From the human T2T-CHM13v2.0 reference genome, Homo sapiens: DNA of 64,000 nt. Location: NCBI RefSeq assembly GCF_009914755.1, contig NC_060947.1. One strand, given 5' to 3'. Positions 45,338 to 59,704 of this stretch are shown here, in pieces. Below the pieces are notes generated by a model. It was not told the origin of the DNA. It saw only the letters and a program-made list of their open reading frames with translations, and ran no database searches. How positions within the stretch are numbered: position 1 is the stretch's first letter; the number at the start of each line of letters is the position of its first letter. The position numbers were made by a program, and so were the translations under genes.

Positions 45338-47584
45338 TATATTAGTCTGTCTTTACACTGCTATAAAGAATTTCCTTGAGAATGGGTAATTTATAAAGGA
45401 AAGAGGTTTAATTGACTCACAGTTCTGCATGGCAGTGGAGGCTTCAGGAAAGTTACAATCATCGTGGAAGGGGAAGCAGGCACATCTTACATGGTGGCAA
45501 GAGAGAGACAGAGAGAAAGCGAGGGGGGAAGAGCCCCTTATAAAATCATCAGATCTCATGAGAACACACTCACTATCACAAGAACAGCATGGGGGAAACC
45601 AACCGCATGGTCCAATCACCTCCCACCATGTTCTTCCCTCAACACCTGAGAATTACAATTTGAGACGAGATTTGGGTGGGAACACAGAGCCAAACCATAT
45701 CATTCCGCCCCTGGCCCCTCCAAAATCTCATGTCCCTTTCACATTTCAAAATCATGCTTTCCCAACAGTCCCCCAAAGTCTTAACTCATTCCAGCATTAA
45801 CTCAAAAGTCCAAGTTCAAAGTCTCATCTGAGACAAGGAAAGTCCCTTCCACCTATAAGCCCATAAAATCAACAGCAAGTTAGTTACTTCCAAGATACGA
45901 TGGGGGTACATGCATTGGATAAATGTTCCCATTCCAAATGGGAGTAATTGCCTAAAACAAAGTGGCTATAGACTCCATGCAAGTCCAAAACCTAGCGGGA
46001 CAGTCATTAACTCTTAAAGATCCAAAATAATATCCTTTGACAGCGTGTCTCACACTTAGGTCACACTGATGCAAGGGGTGGGCTCCTAGGGACTTGGGCA
46101 GCTCTGTCCCTGTGGGTTTTCAGGGTAGAGCCATTGTGGCTGCTTTCACAGGCTGGCATTGAGTGCCTTCAGCTTTTCCAGGTGTACGGTGCAAACTGTC
46201 AGGAGAGCTACCATTCTGGATTCTGGAGGATGGTGGCCCTCCTTTACAGCTCCACTAGGCAGTGCCCCAGTGGGGACTCTGTGTAGGGGCTCCACCCTGA
46301 CATTTCCCTTCTGCACTGTCCTAGCAGAGGTTCTCTATGAGGACTCTGCCCTTGCAGCAGACTTCTTCTTGGACATCCAGGCATTTTCATATATTCCCTG
46401 AAATCTAGGCAGATATTTCCAAACTTCAATTCCTGACTTCTGTGCACCTGAAGGCCCAACACCACATGAAAGCTGTGAAGACTTGGGGCTTGCATCCTCT
46501 GAAGCAATGCCCCAAGCTGTACCTTGCCCTCTTTTAGCCACAGCTGGAGCTGTAGTGGCTGGGATGCAGAGCACCAAGTTCGTAGGCTGCACACAGCAGT
46601 GGGGCCCTAGGACAAGGCCAGGAAAACATTTTTCCCTCCTTGGCCTTGAGGCCTGTGATGGGAAGGGCTGCCATGAAGGTCTCTGACATGCCTGGAGACA
46701 TTTTCCCCATTGTCTTGGTTATTAACATTCAGCTCCTTGTTACTAATACAAATTTCTGCAGCAGGCTTGAATTCCTCCCCCAGAAAATGGGGTTTTCTTT
46801 TCTACCACATTTTCTTGCTGCAGATTTTCTGAATTTATGCTCTGCTTCCCTTTTAAACATAAGTTTTAATTTCAGACCATCTCTCTCAAGTTCAAAGTTC
46901 CACAGATCTCTAGGGCAGGGGCAAAATGCGACCAGTCTCTTTGCTAAAGCATAGCAACAGTGACCTTTGCTCCAATTCCCAAAGAGTTCCTCATGTCCAT
47001 CTGAGACTACCTCAGCCTGTACTTTATTGTCCATATCACTAACAGCATTTTGGTCAAAAGCATTCAACAAGTCTCTAGGGAGTTCCAAACTTTCCTACAT
47101 CTTCCTGTCTTCTTCTGAGCCTTCCAAACTCTTCCAACCTCTTCCCATTACCCAGTTCCAAAGTCACTTCCACATTTTCAGTTTATCATTATGGCAGCAT
47201 CCCACTCTACTGGTACCAATTCTCTGTATTAGTACATTTTCACACTGCTATAAGGAACTTCCCTGAGACTGGGTAATTTATAAAGAAAGAGGTTCAATTC
47301 ACCCACAATTCCACGTGGCTGGGGATGCCTCAGGAAACTTACAATCGTGGTGAAAAAGGAAGCAGGCACATCTTATATGATGGCAGGTGAGAGAGAGAGA
47401 GAGAAAGCAAAGGTGGAAATGCCCCTTATTAAACCATCAGATCTTGTGAGAACTCACTCACTATCATGAGAACAGCATGGGGGAAACTGCCCCCATGATC
47501 CAGTCACCTCCCACCCTCCCTCAACACCTGGAGATTACAATTTGAGATGATATTTGGGTGAGGACACAAAGCCAAACCATATCA
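45338..47584 (-). mobile_element. Complete THE1D/MST-like MaLR provirus (LTR 45338-45702, internal, LTR 47225-47584)
   Basis: Two similar LTRs flank a MaLR internal region; 5-bp TSD GATGG at 45333-45337 and 47585-47589. Confidence 0.93.
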
Positions 47585-47589
47585 GATGG

Positions 47590-48030
47590 CTTCAATTTTT
47601 TATCCCTCCTGTATTTGTGTTTTTTTGCAATTTACATTTTCAGTGTCCTCTCATCATGAGTGGGCTGACTTACCCTGTCCCTTCAGTCTGGGCTCAACGA
47701 CTTGATTTCTTTTGGTCAATGGCATATTAGCATGTTTGAACAAGCAGAGGCTTGAAGTGAACTCATGCAATGGGATTATCTCTCTTTTGTCATGAGAATA
47801 TGTCTAGGATAGACTGCTGGAGAACGAACACATATAGAAGAGAGCCAAAGATACTATGTCATCTTAACCTAGGCTATCTTAGGTTATGGATATCCAGCCA
47901 GTCTACAGACTTGTTGATGAGGCCAAGCATGATTAGCATAGCCAGCTTCTAGCCAACCACAGGTATAGTTGTAGACCACTGAGGAGTTATTTTGCTATAC
48001 ATATTATTATGAAAGTAACTAATGAATACA
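47590..48030 (+). mobile_element. MLT1G/H-like LTR (host of the THE1 provirus; start at ~45315)
   Basis: gtagattacaatgatgg|cttcaatt...ctttggtcaatgg-like...cagaggcttgaa...aactaatgaataca. Confidence 0.55.
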
Positions 48031-49879
48031 AATGATTATCTCATTTCATCTACCCAATGCATCTGTAGGCAGCAATGTTATCATCACTGGACAAAAGAAG
48101 ACACTGAGACCCAGAGAAAAGTTCAGTAAACCACCCTGGGTCACATTACCAGACAGTAAATGACAGAGGCAGGGATGAAATTAGGGAGCCTAGCTCTAGA
48201 GGCCATATTCTAACTAGCACACTGCATAGCTTTGTTCTCGTGAAGATGAAATGAGATTATTTTTTGAAAGTACTTTGTTAATGTTAAAGCACACTAAAAA
48301 TATAAGGCATCATTATAAGGCTGCAACTCCTTTTCAAGGATGTAAAATTCCAGCTAAGTTTTTCTTTATCTCATAAAAAAATAAACCCCAGGCAAGCACT
48401 AGATGATTTAAAATGCACTGTTCTTTGATATGCCAGTTACACAGAGAAAACTGATAAATGGTGAAATTTAACATGCCACCTTCCTTCCAAATCAATGATA
48501 GACCGCTGCTATTTGCTAGGCAAATACCAAGTAAACAGAAAAATAAAGCCACGGTTTTCTTGGCAAGTGTCATTAAAAATAGATTAAGTTTACAGTAAAT
48601 GTAATCTGTGATATAGATCACATAGACAAAAAAAACCTGAAGGGGAAATGAAGGCATTAATAAGAGATTTCTTAATTTTATGAAGCGTTACACACATCAA
48701 GCCACTGAACCAAAATAACCTCAGGGAATAGTAATGAAACAAAGCATTTATTCCTCAGCCTAGAGGAGGCATGTAAATACAAATGATGCTAAACAAAAAG
48801 CTGATTATGCCTTGAAATTGGAATAAATATAAAAAAGAAAAGTCTGGAGATGCTAATAGGTATTAAGTTTATGAGCTGTGACTTTATTTACATGGAATAT
48901 TCTCTTTGGGCATGAATTTTTAAAATTCCATTTGATATTTCATGTTTCCTGTATTGAAATCTCCCAGAGTTATTATCTTTTGGAAAAAAATAAAAATAGA
49001 ATTCTGCACTGAGTGAAATGAGTAATTAGGAGCATGACTGGTGAAGTATGGGATCTAAGCTGAGCAGGGCATGACTAGAAGAGGAATTTTTTGATCTGGA
49101 AGGTTTTTGTGTGCAGTATTCTTTTTTTAAAAAAAAGAAAACACAGAAATTGCCATTTTTAAAAGGGAGAAAGAAAAAAATGGATGTAAAAGAAGAAGAG
49201 AGAAGACAAAACAAAAAAGAACCCAAAAGAAATGTATTCGACAGAACAGGAAAAGAAAATTCTGCTTTGGAAAGGGTAACTGAGACTTAAATGATTTATA
49301 CACAACCTGTTGTTGCATAAATGTTTCCAAAAAACCTTGGGTTTGATTTAACTGGTTCTTATTTTAATCATCTGCTTCTCTGGTAATTGTCACCTATTTT
49401 TTTCTATTCTTTAAATAGAAAGGAAATTTAAGGGGAAGAGAGAAAGAGAGCAGAAGAGCTTTGCTTTGGAGTGTCTTTACATTCTTTAATATTCAGCTTT
49501 GAGCTCAAAGCATTCACTCATTCACTCATTCACATATTCGTCAACTTAACAAACATCTACCGAGTGAAAGGTTCATTTCTCATTGGCGGTTGGCATATAC
49601 AAGCTCTACTTAGGGAAAACTTACCCTGCTGGATTAGATTTAGATAGCACTTTTCTTTTCTGACTACCACACTTTAGTAATATTCCATCACCTTTTTCAA
49701 GTGAAATTCCGTGACACTTAGTCTCCTCATACTCTACTTGGTCAGCTGGTGTAACTTTGTTTTGCTCCTGCTGAATTTTACCTAACCATCATTGCTTTAT
49801 TGTCTTATCCTGTCAATAATTTTTAATACTGAGGCTATAATCCTATAATACTATCTAAAAATTCTTATGTATTCTTTAA

Positions 49880-50630
49880 AGTCATTGAACAAATTTTCAG
49901 CAGTCCGGATGACTAAAATATAAAAAACAAAAGAAACCAGAAAAATTGGCACTCTATTACATAGCTAGTGAGCAGGCAAATTGGTACTACCACTTTGGAA
50001 AACTGCTTGGGAACATGCTAAGCCGAACATGTAAATTTCCTATTACTCATCAATTTTATTTCAAGTTTTAAATATGCAAAAGAACTGTATCTACAGTTTT
50101 ATCAAGGGATCTGTTCAAGAATAATTATAGCATCAATATTTGTAATAGTCCAAACTGAGAGCAACCTGTATGTCTAACCGTAGTAGGATGGATAAATAGT
50201 AGCATCTACATATAATGGAAAACTGTACATCAATGAGAATGACCAAACTACAGCTATATGCAATGACAAAGATAAAGCTCAAGAGCATAATGTTGAGCAA
50301 AACAAGACAGGCACAAAACAAATACTCCATGAGTCCATTTTCCTAAGTTCAAAAGACTGACTAAATAAAACTGATGTAGAGAAATGAAGAGTTACATGCT
50401 CAAGCTATTTTTAAAAGGTGGACAAGGAAATGACTATCTCTGGGATGGGCAAAATGGAACTACAGTGATAATATGAGCATGAGAGATCTCTAAGGTGCTG
50501 GCAATTTCTGTTTCTTGATCTTCATTACGATTAAATGAATGTTCACTTTGTGATAAATCACTGAGCTCTACATATGTATTTGTGCACTTTTTTGTTTGTG
50601 TTTTATTTTACAATAACAAGATTTAAAAAA
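49880..50630 (+). mobile_element. L1ME-like 3' fragment
   Basis: aaattggtactaccactttggaaaactgcttgg...gagcataatgttgagcaaaacaagacag. Confidence 0.7.
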
Positions 50631-50913
50631 CAGTAATCAAAATGTCATGTAGGGAAGGACCCCTTCAAGATTATCTTCCAGCTCATCTCCAGTCCTGAAC
50701 CTAAGCTGCGATTAAACATCATAATTTTTTAAATGGTTGCTTTTATAAAGAGCAAATGTTTCAAATAAACTGCTTAAAGTCTTATCTGTTTTTTAACCTT
50801 TTTTTTAAAAAAAAAAATAAATGACATATTAGCTTGGAAATGCTAGTCTGGAAACATTTTTCAGAAGAAGATTCATATGTAAGTCTTCTAAAATAAAAGG
50901 CATTAAAGAATAA

Positions 50914-51242
<329 letters not shown>

Positions 51243-54200
51243 GATGTACTTAAATCTCAGATATTTTAATCCTAAGAGGTAACTCTGAAGTGAAAGTCCT
51301 TTACTTAAAAATAAGTAATAACTATATTTCATCAATTCTAAAACATATTTTTACATAATGAAATCAGAGTGCATCTTATAATCAATAATATGCTTAATTT
51401 CTGTCAGCCTAGATTGAAGTCAAGGTCTTTCAGAGAGAATTTTCACTTGCTTTGGCCAGCCAACTTCGGGTACTAGCCACCTGAGACCACTTTAAATTAA
51501 ATTCTCTGCGTGAGGTGTTTTGGGTCACACTGGTAATGTGAATTCAGACCTCAAACCTGCCTAAATACTAACTGGTGGTTAAAATTTTCCACCCTATGCC
51601 AAGGTTGAGATATGAAAGTTCCCTTGCTATTTCTTTCTCTGTGGCCACACTATTGGGTCATGTAGTGTTGCAATGAAGGTATAGCCTTTGGTGTCTCTGT
51701 TTTATTTAGGGAGTTCCTGTTTGATCACCTCTCCACAAAATCTTGGTTGCATTATTTCTTTCTTATTGGTACATAAAATCTTACAATCACTGGTGCCTTA
51801 TTTTATACAAAATACAGGTTACAGGTAATTAGAGATTTGGTTTTGTTTCCAAAAGAAAATATTTAGCCCAGAATTGGATAGGAAGACTCAGATTGATGTT
51901 TACATGTATCATTTTGCTTAAGCACACATTAAATTTGATCAAAATCTTGCTACATACTCTATATTGTTAGTAAAAGTATCAGGTTGCAATAAGATTAGTG
52001 AACTTACTTTGAGAACTGTAAGTAATACCACAATATAAGGAATAATTATTTCTATGTGCATACTGCACTCCCAACTTGAATTCTAAGACCCTAGAAGTCT
52101 AAGATTATATTTTTAGTAATGTCCTGCTGCCTTGTACAGTATTGGGCCCATATTAAAGATGCAATAAAACTTGTTGAATGGTTGGAGAGCTGAAAAATGA
52201 ACATATGAAATGAAATACAGTTGTAAGAAACACAAAAACTTCTGTAAATTTGTGTGGGTGTGTGTGTGTATACAACCGAATGCAAAGAAAAGGTCAATAT
52301 CAGGACACAAGAGCAAAGACAGCTTCTGAGTCGATCTTCATTATGAAAATGTTTTGGCCTTGCCAGGATTTGATATTATGGAAGAGTGCTTGGGAGGAGA
52401 TTGGAAATCCTATCTACAATGCTTGCTCCAACAGATTCAATTCACAGCCTTAGCAGGTAATAAAAGAAGCCTCTGGACCATGTAAGAGATTGCTCTGGCA
52501 TAGCTAGGTGCATTGGCCATTTTATGTATTAATGCCAATCTCAGATAAATCACTTTTCTGGTCTGCTGTGGAAGAAAAGTGGATATTTCTTTCAGTAAGC
52601 GAATGGAGGATTACTGACTTGCTGACCTTTCCTGACTGTGATAAAAGATTACTTATTTCCTGTCAGCAATACTTCAAAAATGGAAATTGCTCTTTTAAAA
52701 GTACTATGTAAGAATGAAGTAGGGAGCCAGCTATTATTCCATAAATAGATGGTGGCAGAGGGCATCCCTTGGGAAAGGGAGAGTTCTCATTAGGCCTATT
52801 TTTCTGAGAGCTGTCAGTATGCATGTATTTGCATTTAAAGATTGTGGAGAAAGGAGGAAGCAAGTCTTGACCGGATATATTTTTAAGACTCTATTCTTAT
52901 TCCTGCTACACTTAAATATAGTGTGTAAAATACAGCACTCTTAAATGCCTCATGCTATGTTTGTTATGTGGATTCTTATGTGATTTTCCTGATGAAGGAG
53001 TCAGGAATGCAAAATTATTTTACCCCACATTGTAAGATCCAAAGCAGAATGGAAAATAACAAGGCATGTATTTTCTTTTGACCCAGGAAATGTGACAGTT
53101 TCCTAGTATTTCAAAGACAAATAGCTTTTGCTACGCAGGCCATAGGAAAAGGGAATGGGCTAAAGGGTTAGAGTTTTCATTATATATGTCCAAGAGTCTT
53201 TTGAAGGCTTGAGAAATGTAAACAAATGAGAAAATTATAATGTAGACTACATAGTAATATCAAATACTGACAGAACTAAAATGGCCTGTCAGAAGTCCCC
53301 CCCATATTGCTCAAGTCTTTTTCTGTCAATCAAGTCTTATAGGGCTCTTCTTTCCATGGCAAAAGTTGTCAAAATCATCCCTTTGTCTTGTGTTCTGAGT
53401 GTATGTGGCTTTGCTACCAAACTTGAAGATACTGTTTACAACAAATTAGGGATGGTGTATTATACCAGTGGATACTTTTGATGATGAATCAATTTGTCTT
53501 AAGGGCCTAAGGCTATCTTCTGTCATACAGAATCAGAAAAATATCCATCAAAGCTTGATTGTCCATCAATCAATAGAACTTTGTTTTTCAGAATTAAAAC
53601 TTCTCGAAGTGGAGGAAAAAAAATAAAAAATCTTCTCAAAGTGGATGCTTTTCTTTGGCCGCGGAAAAAAGCTGTGGAAATGACAGATAATTTGATTGCC
53701 TGTAATACACTGTGATTACAGCTATCAAAGTCATTCTACCACATAATTTAAACACCTAATTTCTTTTATTGTTTCTTTGCAAAAAAAAAAAAAACTTTCC
53801 TTTTTTTGTAGGTGTTTATCTATGTCATAGGAAGCTGTCCTTTATTTGAAGGTCTTTATCTATGTCATATGTGCACTTGAGATTGGAATACATACAAGTC
53901 ATAATCTTTTCACACACAAAAAAGAGAATAAGCAGATTTGCCTTTAGGAAACCTGATAGCAAGAGAGGGGGATTTTACTTCTCTTCTTTTATTTAACCCC
54001 AGGCTGACTTGGGAACACAAATGTAGAGACTAGGTCCTGACCTTGGGTTCAGTTGTCCGTACTTGTGTATAATCATTTTTTCATATGCACAGTCACTATG
54101 TTAGCCAAGGGATGATCTAACAATAGTTGTAACTGTTAGGCTGACTTGCTTAAGCAGTCATGTAGGTCAATTCACCAGAGATTTGGATGAGTAGAATCGT

Positions 54201-54789
54201 TGTCCGTAGTCAATTAACATGTCTGCTTCCACAAGTTTGGTTCTACCTGGGCTTGATTCACCTGAGCCCAAAGTGGCACTAGAGTGAAGGCGGTAGAAAC
54301 CCCATTTGGTAGTTATTTGTGTGAGATATTATTGTAACATCCTCAAGAGCAGCCATAAGCACAAAGAAACAGTCAACTAAACTAGCATTACTGAAGAACA
54401 CACATGAATGATGCTCTCTTATAGGCCAATGCAGAATGCCGATGTATCCTAAAGATAAGATGGAGAAGAAACTACCATGAGTGATTTCAGAGATTCCAGG
54501 ACAGTTTTCATGTCATCTGAGAATGATTGATTTTCTCCCCTTAGCACATGACTTTGATCCGGAGAAAAACAAACACAAAAATGTAGAATTAATCCTAAAA
54601 TGTTTTTTACTTAGTTATATTTTACTGTAAGACAATTGGAACCAACTTTTGATGGGACAGTAGAGAGTGCTTGGCACTCCCGGGTGGGATGGGAAGTTTG
54701 TAAACAAATCTTTGTGTACTTTTCAATTCCTTTTTGGAGAGTTAGCACAACATGAATATTGAACCATTTAAAACAAGGGTCTTCGTCAA

Positions 54790-55150
54790 GATTCTCTTGC
54801 ATCCAACTAAACCTGGTTTAATCAAAACAGGAAATTATTGGAAGAACACAGGAGTATTTTATGGAATATAAGGCAACTTGACCTTACTAGGAACTGAGAC
54901 CACCCACTCTTGTTCTCTTGACTACTTCTCTGTGCATATCTATTTCATTTCTTTATTCTTCCCAGTTTGTTTTCTTTGCATCTCTGCACACCCCAAAGCC
55001 CTGTAGTTTACGCATTTTATTACTAGCTACATGCAGAGACCAATTCCAAATTAATAGGCAAGAGAAACAGAGTGGCTAGCTAAAGGCAGGAACTATCTCT
55101 GTGTAATCATCTTTGACCAGGGGTGTAGGGTCATGTGGTACAAATGTGAC
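54790..55150 (-). mobile_element. MLT1-like LTR relic
   Basis: caagattctcttgcatccaactaaacctggtttaatcaaaacaggaaattattgg. Confidence 0.45.
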
Positions 55151-55247
55151 TGCCTGCCAAATCTTCTGTTTGTCTCTAAGAAATAATTACAGGTGGAGCA
55201 TAAACTCCAAAGTTAATCAATTCCATCAACCAGTCAGATTTCTACTC

Positions 55248-55517
55248 TTTTTTTTTTTTTTTTTTTTTTTTGAGACAGAGTTTTGCTCTTGTTGCCCAGG
55301 CTGGAGTGCAATGGCACAATCTCGGCTCACTACAACCTCTGCCTCCTGGGTTCAAGTGATTCCTCAGCCTCCTGAGTAGCTGGGATTACAGGCACCCGCC
55401 ACCACGTCCGGCTAATGTTTTATATTTTTAGTAGAGACAGGGTTTTACCACAGGGTTTCACCATGTGGGCCAGGCTGGTCTTGAATTCCTGACCTCAGGT
55501 AATCCACCCGCCTCGGC
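55248..55517 (-). mobile_element. 5'-truncated AluSp/Sq-like
   Basis: Lacks the first ~40 nt; TSD CAGATTTCTACT at 55235-55246 and 55518-55529; internal 13-bp duplication at 55437-55462. Confidence 0.92.
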
Positions 55518-57676
55518 CAGATTTCTACTTTTTCTCATACCTGCGCACTCTTATAGCATGCAATCATGACTAAATGGCAGCACTTGGAAGATCCAAATCT
55601 TTGACTTCCTTTTCCTATTAAATAACTTCCCCCAGTTCTTACTCTTTATATTTCCATAAGTTACAAACAATTTTAAAAGTGCTCTCATTTCAAAATAGAT
55701 ACTATACAAACCATTCAAAGTATATAAATGTATGCAATTTATACATATTTATACTTATGAATAAAAACCAGCCCAACTTCAGGAAAATAGCATATTACAA
55801 GTGATTTCTCCATCCAAACAGCACAGTAGTCAAACAAGCCTAACTGAAGCCAAGCAGCACTTTTGGTTTGAATGAGCATAAGAGGGCTTAATTGTTGTCT
55901 CATCTTTTAGAGCATTTCTGATTCAAAGGTGTCATGCAATCATTGGTAGCAGTAGTTTGCTGTATTTTGGCTCATACTTGTAACATCCTCAAAGCTCAAA
56001 TGCCTGGCTAAATATGTACTAATGTTTATTGACTGTCTGAGACAGACAGGGAAAACTTATTTTTACTCAAGCCTGAACAATGGGGGAAAGTAACTCAAAA
56101 TATTCCATGTCTCACAAGTTGGCTGGAAAGATAAGTGCTAAATACTGAGGTTTGAGAAATATACTGAGCAATGCATTTTGCAAAATTCCTCTCCATTATG
56201 AAGCAGTGAAAAATGCTAATGTCTTCAAAGAATATAACTGGAAATTTTTAATGAAACATTATGTCCCTATAAGGATTCCTATATTGTCAAATTTATGCCA
56301 GTGGGTTCAAATGGGAAACAGCATTTGTACCTTGTGGTCAAACGAGAAACATACTTTTCATGATTATAAGTGTTAAATGTTTTATCACAACTTATTTTGC
56401 TGCCTTCACACAAACCATGTGCCTCAAAGAATTAATACAACTGTAATAGCTAGATAGTGTTTAAGAAGAGAAATCACCTAAAAGTTAAAAATAGGAAAAC
56501 TTGTGTTTGATGTCATTAAGTTGTCACATCACCACGGAGCACTGATATGGACAAAGAGGGACCTACTCTCCAAACATGCTTTGATACAGCAGAAGTTTGC
56601 CTGGGAGAGGTTATCAAGCATGATAGTATTATCTGCCTTTTTGTTAACATACAGTATCAAAGACTAGCAAAGTAGTCTTTCTTCTCCATTTAACCCTTAA
56701 CGATATAACTCTCCATTCATAAGAACCTTAAGAGAAATGTTCCCCGCTCAGGTTTAAAACAATTCCTTCGATGTCTTCGTTAACTATATTTTACTTTAAA
56801 AATTAAATAGAATGTAGGGATGATTTTCATTTATTTTACCTTTATGATGACAAATTCAAAGCAAACTGAGGGGTAGCCTATGGTACCATCATTTCATATA
56901 TGTCGTATTTTAGGCTTAATTCCATGACTGACCGCTCTCATCTAGTATAAGAGTGCCTTCACATCATCATAGACGTAGCTTCATACATGCAGATGTAGCA
57001 TATATCGAATTATTTTTTAGATACAATTTTCTTCATTAATCCTTGTCACATGCAAAGATTGAAGTATTCAAGGTTTCTGGTGCTTCGATGGCATGATTTT
57101 CCAGTACTTGTTCCAAGCTTCTTTTATAACCATTATTTCTATGAAGTCATTCAACTTGGAAATAATTGCTTGCCAAAACTGAGTTTCTCTGGTGAACCAC
57201 TCAACACAGCTTTAGTTTTACAAAGAACACCATTCTTTGTGTGCTGTTAATCTTGGCTTAGAAACACCACATATTTTCCTTCCCAACTGAACAGTTCAGC
57301 TCCTGTTCTTTTAGTTATACTTTGGAACCATGAGAGTTACTTGTAGAATACAAATGTGAGTCACCTAGCTGATGACTTTTTGGAAAAAGATTTTCCACGT
57401 ATGTGTACATATATTATATATATATGTATATGGACACTCTGCCCAGGACATCATTCAGTAGCTGTTAGAAATGTGAGGACTTCTTACAGTCCCCAAGCCT
57501 ACCTTGTATAGGAAAAACTGTTGGCATTTTATTACATGGAGTTTTGTTATCTAGTCTGATTTTAACTTATTGGGATTAAGGTGCCATGGTACCATGACCC
57601 AATACTTGACATAGAAGTTAAAAAGTCAAATAAATTAGTGCTTCCTGTGAAAATACTCTTAAGCACTTAATTCTAA

Positions 57677-58001
<325 letters not shown>

Positions 58002-58794
58002 TAATTTGTGTTCTTTTAATTTTAGTTAACATCACACTTCTGAAAAGCTATGAACAGAAAATAATAGCATGAAAATTTGATAATTTAGGTATTCAGTAGT
58101 TTAGTCTACAGAATACAAAATAATTTCACTGTCAATTTACTTTGTAACCAAAATGACTTAAAAACCATCAAAATGGAACAGTGTTGACATAGCATGTGCC
58201 TGTTTTCATAATTCAAACTGCAACAGCCCATATGGCCATTATGGAAAAGTAAATTGAAATTGCTTTTCTGTTTTATGTTCACAATGAAAGCTCTGAAGGC
58301 AAAGGATTTTTTCTTGTCAAATTCTAGTGAAACTATGTCTCCATGTCTTCCAAATTCAGAGAGACTGGGTCATGGATAATTACTAGGCAAGCCATGTTTG
58401 TAAAGGTGATTTACTCAAGAGTATGCTGTATAAAAATGAAAGTACTTATACTGAAAATACATCAAATGAACGCTGCTACTCCATCAAATTAGAAGGCCAC
58501 TGAAAAGGAAAATTTCTAAAATGACAGAAAAACTGAAAAGGTTAGAAGTTATAACTTAAGTATGGCTACATTTGAAAGTGTGATATTAAATATATCATAG
58601 GCTTACAGGGGATTTGTAATATTTTCTTCTTAGCAAAACAAATATACTGTGATCTTTGCAAAATGTAATGGTTCCTATGAGACATGAAAAAACGTCTTGA
58701 TGACAAATATATGTTTTATATTCAAACTGATTTTATCAACACAAGAAAGTTTGCTCAACTATGGTTCTATTTATATCTTCGAGAAAAATTTTTG

Positions 58795-59120
<326 letters not shown>

Positions 59121-59199
59121 CTAATTTAAATTGCTTTTTCACATATTCTCACCATTTATATACATCAAAGGGTGATGAATTTTGACTTTATCAGTTTCT

Positions 59200-59275
59200 T
59201 CACACATGCACATTGCACACACACATGCTCATGCACACACGTTCATGCACACATACTCATGCACACATACACACT
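59200..59275. repeat. Degenerate (CA)/(CATGCA) simple repeat
   Basis: Repeating catgcacaca units. Confidence 0.8.
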
Positions 59276-59704
59276 GAATTTTTAGTCTTTCTAAGAGATA
59301 ATACAGACAAGCTGGCTTTAACACTCTGCAAACGTTGAAAACTACACAAAGAACAAAATACCATATCAAACCCTTTGACTAATCATTTCCAATTGTGTGA
59401 TTAGAGTCGGAATAAGGGAAGCCTGCACTACATCTCCTTTGAGTACATTTTAAAACAGAAGGTTATAAAAGATATTTAATAGTATCCCTTTATCACTGAC
59501 CGTGCAAAGGCTGTGGAGAATAGAAGGATCTTGGGAGATAATTTGTAATAAAAAATTTAAAAATGTTTTCAAGTAAAATCAGCATGTCATATTAAGATGT
59601 TTTCTAAATAATATATATTTTGAAGGAGAAAATGTAATGAATATATGTAATTTAGAAGCATTGTCTAAAGAGTTTACACAACAGAGACGACACAAATTCA
59701 AACC

